A DNA stretch of 64,000 nucleotides from Akkermansiaceae bacterium (GCA_043758445.1 JAYVNM010000166.1:398-64397); one strand, 5' to 3'; positions 27,002 through 37,358 are shown, counted from the stretch's first letter. Notes: a model not told the origin generated them from the sequence alone. A program made the numbers and translations.

Positions 27002-27835
27002 TCAGGCCGGTGCGACGGGGGCGTGGTCGATCAGCCGGACCTCACCGTAGAACACCGCCACCGCCAGCACGGCGGGGCGCAGGATTTCCGCGACGGGCTG
27101 GAGGGATTCGGCATCGACCAGTGTGAGGTAGTGGATGCGGATCAGGGGGGAGGCTTCGAGCGCGGCGCGGGCGGAGGCGAGAATTGCCTTGGCCGATCCG
27201 AGGGTCGCAGCACCTAACAGCGCTTGCCGGAGGCGTGGGGCATCTTGGCGTTGTTGCGGCGTGAGGCGGGAGTTGCGAGACGACATCGCCAAGCCATCGG
27301 GTTCGCGGACGGTGGGACCGGAGACGATTTCCACCGGGACATCCAGATCGCGGACCATGCGGCGGATGATGGCGAGCTGCTGGAAGTCTTTTTCCCCGAA
27401 AATGGCGGTGTCGCAGCCGGTGAGCAGGAAAAGTTTCAGGACCACGGTGCAGACGCCATCGAAGTGTCCCGGTCGGCTGGCGCCGCAGAGATCGCGGGAC
27501 AGCAGGCTTTCGGTAACGCAGACCGAGCGATCCGGGAAATACATGGCATCGGCGGCGGGGGTGAAAACGACATCCACGCCATTTTCCCCGCAGGCTGCTA
27601 GATCGCTTTCTAGCAGTCGCGGATAGGCGGCCAGATCTGCGGCCCGGTCGAACTGGATCGGGTTGACGAAAATCGAGACAATGACCGTGCCACCGGGGCC
27701 GGCGTGGGCGCGGGCCTGTTGCATCAGCGCGAGGTGGCCGGCGTGGAAGGCGCCCATGGTGGGGACGAGGACGCAGGGGCGCGGGGCGTTTTTCAGAATC
27801 TCCCTCAAGGCCGTGCTGGTGTCCGCGATTTGCAT
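27002..27835 (-). CDS. panC: Pantoate--beta-alanine ligase
   Basis: VPTMGAFHAGHLALMQQAR is the PanC HIGH-type motif. 277 aa. Confidence 0.92.
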   Translation of the reverse strand: MQIADTSTALREILKNAPRPCVLVPTMGAFHAGHLALMQQARAHAGPGGTVIVSIFVNPIQFDRAADLAAYPRLLESDLAACGENGVDVVFTPAADAMYFPDRSVCVTESLLSRDLCGASRPGHFDGVCTVVLKLFLLTGCDTAIFGEKDFQQLAIIRRMVRDLDVPVEIVSGPTVREPDGLAMSSRNSRLTPQQRQDAPRLRQALLGAATLGSAKAILASARAALEASPLIRIHYLTLVDAESLQPVAEILRPAVLAVAVFYGEVRLIDHAPVAPA

Positions 27836-27975
27836 TGCGGGTGGTGTTACGGCAATGGCGGGAGGCGGGCAAGTCCCGGAGTTGGGGCGATTCTTAATTT
27901 TTTCTCGGCCGCAAACCCGTTCTGGACACGCGGCAATGCGCTGCTACTTTCCGCGCTCTTCCACCAATTACATCC

Positions 27976-28860
27976 ATGATCCGCAAATTCATTCCCGGCG
28001 CACTGGCCCTCGGCCTGATCGCCTCAAGTCCCGCCGCCCCCAAGCCAACCGTTGAAGTCACCCCGGCCCCACCGGATGCCGCCGCACCCGCCGTGGTCAC
28101 TCCCGCCAAGCCCAAGCTCGATCCCGCACTGGTCAAGTCGGATTCGTCCTACGCCCTCGGTTTCCGCACAGGCGGCGGGTTTTCCCAACAGTTTGGTAAA
28201 TTCGGCGTCGGCGCGGATGATCTAGACACCGAAAATTTCCTCAAGGGCTTCATGGCCGCCATTAAGGGCAAGAAGCCTGAACTCGAAGAAGCGAAACTCC
28301 AAGCCGCGATGGAAGCGCTGGGCGATATGCTTCAAGGTCGTGAAAAAGTATCCGCTGCCGCTAACCTCGAAGCTGGGAAGAAATTCCTCGCTGAAAACGG
28401 CAAGCGCGAGGGCGTCATCACCAATAAGAGTGGCCTACAATATGAGGTCAGCACCAAGGGCGGCACGGAGAAATACGTCGCACCCAAGGAAGGTGCCGTG
28501 GACAACAAACAGTTCATGGTCCATTACAAGGGCACCCTGATCGACGGCAAGGAATTCGACGCCTCACCTCCCGGTGAACCGGTCCCGATGACCCTGCAAG
28601 TGGTCGAGGGCTTCAAGGAGGCGCTCACCACCATGCCCGTGGGTGCCAAGTGGAAACTCTTCATGCCGAGCGCGCTGGCCTACGGTGAAGAGCGCCGCAG
28701 TGCGGAAATCGCGCCGAACAGCGTGTTGATTTTTGAATTGGAGCTCGTCAAAATTCAAGACGCGCCACCAAGCCCCGAAGGCGGCCTGCCATTCCCGCTG
28801 CCAGAAGGTGGTCCGGGCGGTGGCGGTCCTGGTGGCCCCGGCGGTCCTGAAAAAGAATAA
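27976..28860 (+). CDS. FKBP-type peptidyl-prolyl isomerase (FkpA/Mip-like, secreted)
   Basis: Signal peptide, then a C-terminal FKBP domain: GLQYEV...FMVHYKGTLIDGKEFDAS...VLIFELELVKI. Confidence 0.9.
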   Translation: MIRKFIPGALALGLIASSPAAPKPTVEVTPAPPDAAAPAVVTPAKPKLDPALVKSDSSYALGFRTGGGFSQQFGKFGVGADDLDTENFLKGFMAAIKGKKPELEEAKLQAAMEALGDMLQGREKVSAAANLEAGKKFLAENGKREGVITNKSGLQYEVSTKGGTEKYVAPKEGAVDNKQFMVHYKGTLIDGKEFDASPPGEPVPMTLQVVEGFKEALTTMPVGAKWKLFMPSALAYGEERRSAEIAPNSVLIFELELVKIQDAPPSPEGGLPFPLPEGGPGGGGPGGPGGPEKE

Positions 28861-28880
28861 GGTTCCCGAAATTTTCCCGC

Positions 28881-28914
28881 AAGGCTGTCAGGCATGTCTT
28901 GGCAGCCTTTTTCT
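28881..28914 (+). terminator. Rho-independent terminator candidate after the FKBP gene
   Basis: AAGGCTGTCA (28881-28890) pairs with TGGCAGCCTT (28900-28909, one G-U pair), followed by TTTTCT. Confidence 0.45.
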
Positions 28915-29030
28915 CGTACATAGAGCGTGGACATCTTGCCCACTGAGTTAGCCGAGAAATCTAAAACGTGGCGGTGGCGGCGCACGACGGAGAATGTTCG
29001 AACGAGGACATCCGACCTCAATCATCGAAT

Positions 29031-29729
29031 TCACTCTGCGCTCAGATATTTGTAATCTTGGAAGTTTTTCGAGCAAAGCACACCGGCGGCGTCTTCATAG
29101 ATCACTGAGACAAAATTGCCCGAGGTTCCCACGGACAATGCCTTCAAATCGTTGCCCCCGCATCTCAGCGGGATATAGCCGGAACTTTGTTGGATGGCGG
29201 TGCGCTCAAGACTGAGGCGTTTGACTACCAGCGTCTCCCACTTGTCGTCCGAGTGACGGATCTCAACTTTCAGTTCGGGCTCGCGCGTCACGTTCACAAT
29301 CGTGGCGGTGCGCTTGTGCTCGGGTTCAAGCTGTTTGAGCTTGAGAATGCGGATCTTCCAGTAGCCTGGTTTTTCCTTAGTGGCGGGGAACCATTCGACA
29401 AAGGGTATCAAGGTAGTGGTTTCATTTTTCGCCACATCGATTTTGGCTTCCCCGCCTTCCACCCCTTCACGCCGGAACGACACCTTGTAGGAGGCTGGCT
29501 TTTTTGAAATACCGCCGGTGACATCCCCGAATTCGTAGCCTTCTTCGCGCACCTTGCTGCCATCAATGAGGAAGTCAAGTTTCCCCGATCCACTGCCTAC
29601 CGCATTCAACAATCGTAGAAAACCACGGGGGCCAACGGTTTCTTCCTGCCCTTGCGAGCGGGCTTCGAGACCCAACCCAAGAAATACCAATGAGACGATC
29701 AATCTAACGATAACAGCTTTAGAAATCAT
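29031..29729 (-). CDS. Hypothetical secreted protein, last gene of the pseudopilin operon
   Basis: Signal peptide MISKAVIVRLIVSLVFLGLGLEA. It overlaps the upstream gene by 11 nt. No family recognised. Confidence 0.55.
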   Translation of the reverse strand: MISKAVIVRLIVSLVFLGLGLEARSQGQEETVGPRGFLRLLNAVGSGSGKLDFLIDGSKVREEGYEFGDVTGGISKKPASYKVSFRREGVEGGEAKIDVAKNETTTLIPFVEWFPATKEKPGYWKIRILKLKQLEPEHKRTATIVNVTREPELKVEIRHSDDKWETLVVKRLSLERTAIQQSSGYIPLRCGGNDLKALSVGTSGNFVSVIYEDAAGVLCSKNFQDYKYLSAE

Positions 29730-32727
29730 GGGAGTTGAGAATTTTGATGTTAGTCTTTCCTGGAATGATGGCCCCGTCCTGCGTGCGCTCTCCGGGTGCC
29801 GCCATGAGAGTGTAAACCTTTCTGACCTCTGCTAGGATTTCCGTCGCGGCTGAGGCCGAGATTGCGGGAGCCACGGATTGTGCGACGACCCACACTCGGA
29901 AATTTCGGGAACGGACGGTCGCTGCCTGATAAACGCGGGAGAACACCTCCTCCGCAGCAGCGTCCGTCCACTGCACATTCTTGGAATCCGCATAGAGGTC
30001 CCGGTTTCCGAACACCCCCCTGCCGTTGGGATCTTTCGCCAAAGCGATTTTCGAGGTGCTGCCGTAGGGCCTGCCCGACACAACCGCGTCCGCGATCGTA
30101 TCAGCCAACAATGTCATTTTGGGAGCGTCCAACTTCATGGGTGAGGTGGGCGGAGCCATCGTTGGCGCTCCAAGATGCGCCGTAGCCGTCACCTTTGAAA
30201 GCGCCGGGTCCATCATCAGCGATCCCGCCGCGATCGCGCGGATGGCGTCACGGGACGCGGTGTTGAAATTGACCTGACCCTGGATGCGCACGATAGGCCC
30301 CGTTCTCAAAGCGACGTCGGCCGATGCAGGCTGGCCGGTGTGGAAAAGATCAAGTAAGCCGATGGCCCGGTTCTCCTTGGTGCCATCAATATTGAACGCC
30401 GTATGTTCGGGGCGGCCGATTCTCAAGGTATTACCGCCACCATAAAGCGGGCTTCCCTGCCCACTCTTCGCATCGGGCCATGAAGTCTCGCCCGCAGGCA
30501 TCTTGCTGTTGCTTCTGAAGCTGTTAGTGTCCGCCGTATTCGAGAAGGTGGGCGCATACATGATAGGATCGAACACACGACCCAGTTCCGTGGCGCTGTA
30601 GTAATAGCCACGGTTTGAAATCATCTGAATGGCGGAATATTTCGAATCCGGGTCATAGGTAAAATTGAATTTAGGATCGGTTAGTTCCGTTGCATCGCTA
30701 GTACCGGGCGACCATGTGCCGACCGCCGGATCATGTCCACCGTCCGACCACTCGGAAGGCTGCATCCTTGCATAAACCTTGGGTCTCTCAGGTAAGTCGA
30801 AATTGTAAATTTCCAATCGCAGGGACCGCCGGTTCGGGCTCGCGTCCTCAGGATAGGCACTTTCATCCAAAGGTGAGTTCTTCGAGCGATTCAGGTAGTG
30901 ACTGATACGCGGATCACCGGTATTTCCGTAAAACTCCGACGAGGAGGTTTTCTGATATAGCAAAGCCGGAAGATGATCCTTGGTCAGGACTTTAGGCTTT
31001 CCAACGAGATAGCCACCGGTCTGCTTGCCGTTGGTAACTCCATAGATGAACCCCGTCTGACGCACCATGCCCTGCTGTCTTTCGACAATGTCGTTGTTCC
31101 ACATTAGCGAACTGCCGCTCTCCGCCCTGTCCTCTATAAGACTGAATGGAGTTGTATCGCTGATGAGATTGGTGGCAACGGCTCCCTGATCGACGTGATA
31201 GGTCACGTCGGCGAAGCGCCAGCACTTGAATTCATTGGGCCGGAGTTGAACCGGAATGGCTTTTGACCAATATTTATCTGATACTTTTTCCAGGTCATGT
31301 GTGGAAAACGCGGGATTATCCAGAAACACGTTGCTGTCAAACGAGGGGCTTACTGTGCCGGTTCCGAGCCCATCCACTTTCAGCGCGACTTCATAACTCA
31401 ATCTGGCGAAGCCGGAAACACTGAGATTCGTCGGATTATAGAGTTCTGCAAACAACCGGATGTTGAAGTTCAGATACTGGCGTCCGTTGACAACCGTCAT
31501 GTTTTGATAACTGACTTTGAGTGCAATTTCAGTGGTGAGCGGGTAGGAATCGATGCCTCGGTACTCGCCGTCCGCCAAGGTCGGGCTATCGTCCTTATCC
31601 GCATAGTCGATCGCGTTGGCCGCCAGCGTTTTCACATAGTTGTCAGGGAATCCGCCCTTGCGGTTCTCGAACTCGGGATATGCGGAGTTAATGAATTTCG
31701 CCATTTCTTCCACGGCAGATTTCCCTCCCGTCGCGACGATCCGGTTGAGGTTGAGTTTCGGTTTACCCGCCACCGAAGAGTCGATGCCTGGAAGAAATGG
31801 AACGACTGGCTGCTCATCATACGGCTGGATTCCACTGATCAGACTCTCTTCCGCTGCCCAGGCCTTGGGGTCTGATAGATGACCGCTGCTGTCACGAGTG
31901 ATCGGTGCCTGAATCGCTGCCGCCGCGAGCACGGAATCGGGTGAGACAAGCAGCTTGCGGTTGTTGATAAGCGTCTTACCTAATAGAGCCTGACTCGTTT
32001 CGCTTGCATTAGGGTCGATCGCATAGAGCGCGACTTGATTCAATGCCGATTGATCCGACGCACCGGTGGCTGGATCATCCATGCCAGGTGCCGGAAATGG
32101 AAAAGGCTCACGGGCATGGTTCTGTGCACCGTCATCGAGGTTCCCCACAATCTTTGGATCGATCCTTCCCTGAAGATCCTCCACCCAATAGGCATAGCGG
32201 GCGATGGTGCGGCCCTGATCATCTTTGACGGGCAGCCATGAAGCCCGCACCTTGTCGTTATAGGGTAACGTGGTGAAATCCTTGTAATCATTCGCTGCGG
32301 CACCCACCAACGGTTCAATCAACGGAGCGGTTAATGTGCTATTGGTGGCGGGATAACTTTGGGTGCTGAAGAGCGGGAGATAGCGATAATTATAACTTGT
32401 TCCGGCTGCTTTTCCCCGAGCGAGAAAGAGTTGAGGCGCGGATTGGTAACCGGCGGTGATGGGAGTGCTAAGTGTCGATTGGATGATCAGGAAATCATCA
32501 TTGGCGGCTTCCGTATTGAGTATGCCACGGAGGTCTTCCAGACCGGCGCGGGCGGCGAGTTCGGCGCGCTGGCGGTCGGAAAAGGAGCGGGCGGTGTTGC
32601 GCTCGATGCCGACGACGAGAAGCACCCCGACGGCGAGGATGAGCAGTGCGCCGACAACAACGAGGACCACGGGCAGGGAAAATCCTGACGCGGCCTGCAG
32701 GCGGCGGTGTGAATCACGGGTTGACAT
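29719..32727 (-). CDS. Giant GspK-like minor pseudopilin-associated protein (about 1002 aa)
   Basis: N-terminal anchor FSLPVVLVVVGALLILAVGVLLVVGIERNTA. It occupies the K position after the H/I/J-like pseudopilins and overlaps the upstream gene. Confidence 0.55.
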   Translation of the reverse strand: MSTRDSHRRLQAASGFSLPVVLVVVGALLILAVGVLLVVGIERNTARSFSDRQRAELAARAGLEDLRGILNTEAANDDFLIIQSTLSTPITAGYQSAPQLFLARGKAAGTSYNYRYLPLFSTQSYPATNSTLTAPLIEPLVGAAANDYKDFTTLPYNDKVRASWLPVKDDQGRTIARYAYWVEDLQGRIDPKIVGNLDDGAQNHAREPFPFPAPGMDDPATGASDQSALNQVALYAIDPNASETSQALLGKTLINNRKLLVSPDSVLAAAAIQAPITRDSSGHLSDPKAWAAEESLISGIQPYDEQPVVPFLPGIDSSVAGKPKLNLNRIVATGGKSAVEEMAKFINSAYPEFENRKGGFPDNYVKTLAANAIDYADKDDSPTLADGEYRGIDSYPLTTEIALKVSYQNMTVVNGRQYLNFNIRLFAELYNPTNLSVSGFARLSYEVALKVDGLGTGTVSPSFDSNVFLDNPAFSTHDLEKVSDKYWSKAIPVQLRPNEFKCWRFADVTYHVDQGAVATNLISDTTPFSLIEDRAESGSSLMWNNDIVERQQGMVRQTGFIYGVTNGKQTGGYLVGKPKVLTKDHLPALLYQKTSSSEFYGNTGDPRISHYLNRSKNSPLDESAYPEDASPNRRSLRLEIYNFDLPERPKVYARMQPSEWSDGGHDPAVGTWSPGTSDATELTDPKFNFTYDPDSKYSAIQMISNRGYYYSATELGRVFDPIMYAPTFSNTADTNSFRSNSKMPAGETSWPDAKSGQGSPLYGGGNTLRIGRPEHTAFNIDGTKENRAIGLLDLFHTGQPASADVALRTGPIVRIQGQVNFNTASRDAIRAIAAGSLMMDPALSKVTATAHLGAPTMAPPTSPMKLDAPKMTLLADTIADAVVSGRPYGSTSKIALAKDPNGRGVFGNRDLYADSKNVQWTDAAAEEVFSRVYQAATVRSRNFRVWVVAQSVAPAISASAATEILAEVRKVYTLMAAPGERTQDGAIIPGKTNIKILNSHDF

Positions 32728-33475
32728 AATTTCCAAAACGCAGGGTGGCTTTGTAGATTTGGAGGTTTTTATTAGTATCGGCCTTCGACGGCTGGCCGAG
32801 GAAATTACCAGAACTGCCGGCACCGTCCCAATCTGCGGACTGGGTGAGTTTCCCGACAAGGCTGCGGCGGACCAGGATGAGTTTCACTTCGAATACCTCG
32901 GGGCCGATCGTATTATTTTTTACCCAGTCGGTCCAGTTCCCGCTGGCGTCGCGGGATTTCGGACGAGCCTCGAAAGATAGCACCCCGAAGGCGACCGGCT
33001 CGTCGAGTGCGGCGGCGGCGGTAAACAGCGAGGGCACCTTATCATCTTTGACGGCCTTGAACGTATCAGTGCTTTCACGAAAACCACGCATCAGGCAGCG
33101 GACGGTTTTACCACTGAGTGTCAGATCCTTGATGTAATAATTCACCGCGCAGAGGTCGCCGATGCGCCCGGCGTCGGATTGCGCTTGGGCGGGTTGCAGG
33201 CTGAGAAATCCAAGGCTGTCAACCGGCCAGGTGGCGGCGGATTTGGTAATCAGTTCTTCCTTGTTGAAGCTGCCGCTTGCGAAGTCCGCCGCGAGTTGGG
33301 TGATGAGCATCCGGGCCTCGCGCTCGACGGATACGGTGCCGCCGATGCGCTCATAGCCATCGCCCGAACTGCTGAGCATCGTCGCCGCTAGAATCAGGAT
33401 CATTGAGCCGATGATCATCGAGAACAACAGCTCGATGAGCGAGAAGCCGCGACTGCGTTGGTGGGAAAATTTCAT
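32714..33475 (-). CDS. Pseudopilin with a prepilin-type N-terminal methylation motif (GspJ-like position)
   Basis: RGFSLIELLFSMIIGSMILILAA is the prepilin cleavage/methylation motif. Confidence 0.75.
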   Translation of the reverse strand: MKFSHQRSRGFSLIELLFSMIIGSMILILAATMLSSSGDGYERIGGTVSVEREARMLITQLAADFASGSFNKEELITKSAATWPVDSLGFLSLQPAQAQSDAGRIGDLCAVNYYIKDLTLSGKTVRCLMRGFRESTDTFKAVKDDKVPSLFTAAAALDEPVAFGVLSFEARPKSRDASGNWTDWVKNNTIGPEVFEVKLILVRRSLVGKLTQSADWDGAGSSGNFLGQPSKADTNKNLQIYKATLRFGNYVNP

Positions 33476-34002
33476 GGCAGGCGGGAGTAGAATCCGATTT
33501 TCTGGCGTTTCGCCGCAGGAGCGCCCACCGGGTATTCCAGAGAAATGGCGGCCCGCATCATGGCTGGCGCGCCTGGCTTAGCGTCGATCTCAGCTTTCGT
33601 TAGGACAATCGCGGTCGCGCTCAATGTTGCGATGTAGCGCACCGCTTGGCCGTTGAAATCCTTGGTCCCACTGTCATAGACGGACTTGGTGATTTTTCCG
33701 AGTGCTTTGCCTTCGGGCGAAAAGACGAGAGCCCAGATGTCGCCGACGGGTGGGAATGCCTGGCCAGCAGTCGTGGCGGTGAAAAACTGCGGCCGTCCAT
33801 CGCGGGATGCCCGGATCTCGTCCATGCAGACCGGGACGATCCATGCGCTGCGGGTTTCCAAGACGGAGGACATCGTGCTTTTCCCGGATTCCGCCAAGGT
33901 GCCAAAGACCAACGGGATGGCCACGGCGAGCACGCCCATGGCGATCACGGTTTCGATCAGCGACGAACCGTTCCGCGCGGATGATGTGGCAATGAGGGTC
34001 AT
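33472..34002 (-). CDS. Pseudopilin (GspI-like position)
   Basis: NGSSLIETVIAMGVLAVAIPLVFG is a prepilin-like N-terminus. It has 4-nt overlaps with both neighbours. Confidence 0.7.
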   Translation of the reverse strand: MTLIATSSARNGSSLIETVIAMGVLAVAIPLVFGTLAESGKSTMSSVLETRSAWIVPVCMDEIRASRDGRPQFFTATTAGQAFPPVGDIWALVFSPEGKALGKITKSVYDSGTKDFNGQAVRYIATLSATAIVLTKAEIDAKPGAPAMMRAAISLEYPVGAPAAKRQKIGFYSRLP

Positions 34003-34676
34003 GGATCAATGCGGTAGGGACGGGCGATGCTGCGGCCGATTTTCAGCTGATTCTCCGTCGGGGATTGCTGTCCGGCACGCAGGTTCGCGGTCGCCATCGG
34101 AGGGGTGCCACGATAGCCGCCTTCTGCCACCCGAATGACGACGGGTGTGGAGCCGACAGGATAAAGCAGCCCGCCCCTGGAGTTAAAGGCGAGGGCATGA
34201 AACTGACCTTTCACGGTTACTCCACCTGCGACGTAGGAGATCTCGATTTGTGGCTGGTCCAGCGGGTTGGCGACGCCATCCACATTGCCGCCGATCAGGA
34301 CGATGCCGGTATTCAAGGTTTGCCAGTTCGTCCGCAGCGCACCAACGAGGGACAATGGGGACGGCGCTGGACTCGGCCAATCCTTGGCGATTTTGAACAA
34401 TCCAATGCGGCACCGCTCGTCCGGCGATGGCGGGTCTCCGGGTTCGGCAATCGCCAGAACCACCGTGCTGCGGGATGTGACCGCCATGGTGCGGGCCTGC
34501 TCGATCATGCCGGAGAGCAGGTCCGCTCCCGCCCGGCGTGACTGGCTGCCAGTGCCGTTCAAGAGGCTCACGCTGGCCGTCATCAAGATGATGAGAATCA
34601 CGATGACCACCACCATTTCAACGAGCGTGAAGGCGGTTTTTCTCAAGATGCGGGTGGCTTGACGAGAGGGAATCAC
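33999..34676 (-). CDS. Pseudopilin (GspH-like position), GTG start
   Basis: KTAFTLVEMVVVIVILIILMTASVSLL is the prepilin motif. First gene of the operon. Confidence 0.75.
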   Translation of the reverse strand: MIPSRQATRILRKTAFTLVEMVVVIVILIILMTASVSLLNGTGSQSRRAGADLLSGMIEQARTMAVTSRSTVVLAIAEPGDPPSPDERCRIGLFKIAKDWPSPAPSPLSLVGALRTNWQTLNTGIVLIGGNVDGVANPLDQPQIEISYVAGGVTVKGQFHALAFNSRGGLLYPVGSTPVVIRVAEGGYRGTPPMATANLRAGQQSPTENQLKIGRSIARPYRIDP

Positions 34677-34853
34677 GAAATTGGAAAGATCCTTTCAGGG
34701 AATGCAGGCACAGAACTTGCCAATGCTTCATGAACACGCAAAGAAAGATTCACCCAGTCCACACATCAACCTGCGTTTTGTGACAGAACTGTCGATGTAG
34801 GATAAAGCACAAAAACCCGGCAACCTAGGGATTTCTCACTCCGAGCGCACATC

Positions 34854-35240
34854 TTACCAGAAATGCTCTGCGGCCTGACGGTCGTCGCTGCGGAAGACTT
34901 TGCGGACGAAAGCGGGGTTGCGAAACAGATACCAATCGCCGAATTGATCGAATTTCCGGCAAGACGTGACCGGCGGAGTCCAAAACAGCGTGCCCCAGCC
35001 GCGTCCAGATCGGCGACCGTGAGCTTTCAGGCGGCGGGCGAAATCCACATCCTCGACGGAGACGAAGCGTGAATCGAAACCGCAGATTTCCTCGGTGGCG
35101 TCGGTGCGGCGGTTGAGCACCACGATGATTTCGACCGACGAGTCGATCTTCGCGGCGGCGAGGGCGGCGGCGGCCAGACAGGCAGGTAAGAACGCCGCTT
35201 CGTTGTGAGCGGGGATGATGAGGGAAATCCGGGGGGTCAT
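34854..35240 (-). CDS. Abnormally short family-2 glycosyltransferase-like ORF (possible internal-deletion remnant)
   Basis: The N-terminus ISLIIPAHNEAAFLPACL and the C-terminal EDVDFARRLKAHGRR...TSCRKFDQFGDW resemble the two ends of GT2 enzymes, but the whole ORF is only 128 aa. Confidence 0.4.
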   Translation of the reverse strand: MTPRISLIIPAHNEAAFLPACLAAAALAAAKIDSSVEIIVVLNRRTDATEEICGFDSRFVSVEDVDFARRLKAHGRRSGRGWGTLFWTPPVTSCRKFDQFGDWYLFRNPAFVRKVFRSDDRQAAEHFW

Positions 35241-36751
35241 TGCGGGGGATTTTCCGGTTCGTCTTGAGTGGGAGCGGGAGTTGGGGTGCCGCCAAGCAAT
35301 CCGTCGAGAATCCCGGTGACCTCGCGAATGGTTTTCGTGCCTTTCTCGATGATTTTCACGCCCTTCTCGATAGATTTGGAGGACGGCTCGCCGAGCAGTG
35401 AGTGGGTAAATTTGATCACTTTTTCCCCTGTTTCCGGGATTTGGTCAAACATCCGCAGGCCGGCAGCCATGATGAGACGGTCGGTGAGATCTTCCTTGGG
35501 ATCGTCCAGGGTTCCGGTGAGGCGCAGGGTCGTCCACAGCAGGCCACGCTCACCGGGCAAAAACACGTCCGTTTCCGCGCCGGGGATGGTGGCGAGAGTG
35601 CCGGGGGCTAGGCCGAGGCGGAACCTGCCATCCAGCGCTTTGCCACGGATGGTGATGTCGCCTTCCAAGCGCACCAGTCCCTCGCTGGCGAGCACCAGTT
35701 TGGTAAGGGTGAGTTCGTCCTGTTTCCAATGCCAGTCAGTATGTGACTCGCTGAGCGTGAGCACCCGGAACCGGCGGGTATCGGCGTAGGCAGCGAGCGC
35801 ATCAAGCATCGGCAAGGCGGTGAGCATGCCATTTTTGAGGGTGAGCTTGCCGCTGGCTGCCGGGGTTCCCGAGCCGTTTTCCAAGGTGAAATCCGAGGTC
35901 ACGTCTCCAGTCAGGCGTTTTGCCCAATCCGGATTGAGTATGTCCTCGCACTTGAGACCGGTGGCATCGCCGGTGACGGCGAAGTGCTTGGATTTCAGGT
36001 CCCACTCGCCGCTGGCCTGAACGCGGCCATTGGCCCACGCCGCCACCGTTGAATCGGTTAGGAAAACATGATTATCCTTGTAGCGCAGGCGCGCGTGGTC
36101 GAGCCGAAGATCCGGCACTAACGAAAAAGGCAGCCGCACTGTCCCACCCTCGATCTCGGCGCGGTAGGCGTCCTTGCCCCCGGCTTGTTCGGCATGGATA
36201 CTCATTCCGGTGACGGTCGCCAAGCCCTCGGTGAGCATGGCCTTGACCACCAACTCACGCACGTCGAGGCCTTGCACTTCCGCCTCACTCGGGAACCAAG
36301 CGGGGCGTTTCGATTTCAAATGCTCCTTTGTCGGCTGGCCTGCGTCCACCGTTTCATCCATCGGTTTCCTCGCATCCACGGCGACCTCCAAGCGGCGCAA
36401 GCTGGACCCCCGGATTTCCCACACCCCGCGCCGCACCCCCCCCAGGCCGACTTCCGTGTGCAGGCCGTCCGCCCGCACGGCAGTCACCAAACCGGTTCCG
36501 GTCGCCTCGAAGGAATCGGTATCCACCGCAAGGCCTTCCCAATGAAATGGCGCGAAGCTCCCGGTCACGCCCGCCGTTTCGCTCGCCTCGGCGGAGAGAA
36601 ATTTCCGGAACGCATCGCTGTGCAAATAGCTCCGCAGCATCCCGTAGCCGACCACGATGACGATCACGCTTAAAATCAACAGCGCCACCACCGCCTTGCC
36701 CAGCCAGCGGCTCTCTCCTGCGACCCTGCGTTTTCTTGACCGGCGGCTCAT
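35237..36751 (-). CDS. Hypothetical membrane-anchored protein
   Basis: A basic N-terminus (MSRRSRKRR), then the TM segment AVVALLILSVIVIVVGYGML and a long periplasmic-type region. It overlaps the downstream ORF by 4 nt. Confidence 0.55.
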   Translation of the reverse strand: MSRRSRKRRVAGESRWLGKAVVALLILSVIVIVVGYGMLRSYLHSDAFRKFLSAEASETAGVTGSFAPFHWEGLAVDTDSFEATGTGLVTAVRADGLHTEVGLGGVRRGVWEIRGSSLRRLEVAVDARKPMDETVDAGQPTKEHLKSKRPAWFPSEAEVQGLDVRELVVKAMLTEGLATVTGMSIHAEQAGGKDAYRAEIEGGTVRLPFSLVPDLRLDHARLRYKDNHVFLTDSTVAAWANGRVQASGEWDLKSKHFAVTGDATGLKCEDILNPDWAKRLTGDVTSDFTLENGSGTPAASGKLTLKNGMLTALPMLDALAAYADTRRFRVLTLSESHTDWHWKQDELTLTKLVLASEGLVRLEGDITIRGKALDGRFRLGLAPGTLATIPGAETDVFLPGERGLLWTTLRLTGTLDDPKEDLTDRLIMAAGLRMFDQIPETGEKVIKFTHSLLGEPSSKSIEKGVKIIEKGTKTIREVTGILDGLLGGTPTPAPTQDEPENPPQ

Positions 36752-36803
36752 TTTCAAAAAGCCTAGCGTGCCCATCCGCCACCGCAAGCCCACGCCTGCG
36801 AAA

Positions 36804-37199
36804 TCACCAATTCGCGAAACCGCCCACCGCGCCGCAGCGTCTCTCTAGCCAGTCATTCTCCGGTTTGAGGTTATCGCTCAAACCTATCTTTGGGGATCTG
36901 AGGCGGAGTTTTTTGCAGGCACGTTTCACCGTGACAAGGGGCACGCCGAAGGCTTTGGAAATTTGACTCTGCGACGCGCTGCCGTTGGCGATGAGTTGGC
37001 GGGTAAAAAACCGGAACGAGGCGATGTCTTCGACCGGATGGGTGAAGACGGGAAAGTGTCCGTTGAAGTAATAGACCTGCCCGTCACGCTGCTCGAAAGC
37101 GAGTTCTGAGGTGATGGCGGTGCTGCTGGCCGGGAATATGGGAAGCTGAATCTGCGGCATGGCGTTAGCCGGCACCTCGCCCGCAAAAAACGCCAGCAT
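36804..37199 (-). CDS. Small HTH-containing ORF, possibly a regulator or transposase N-terminal fragment
   Basis: SQSQISKAFGVPLVTVKRACKKL is HTH-like. No partner gene is present and the C-terminus is low-quality. Confidence 0.25.
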   Translation of the reverse strand: MLAFFAGEVPANAMPQIQLPIFPASSTAITSELAFEQRDGQVYYFNGHFPVFTHPVEDIASFRFFTRQLIANGSASQSQISKAFGVPLVTVKRACKKLRLRSPKIGLSDNLKPENDWLERRCGAVGGFANW

Positions 37200-37358
37200 G
37201 GGGCATCGGGTTTCCTCGCCTATGCCCGCGAATCCACGGCTTTCATGGGTAGGTCAGGATGTCTGAGTCTTCTCGGTTGAAGGAGGTGCATCAAATCCCT
37301 CCGCCCGAACACACCACCGACGCTCTACGCTGGATTCTGACAGACAAGTGATCATCTG

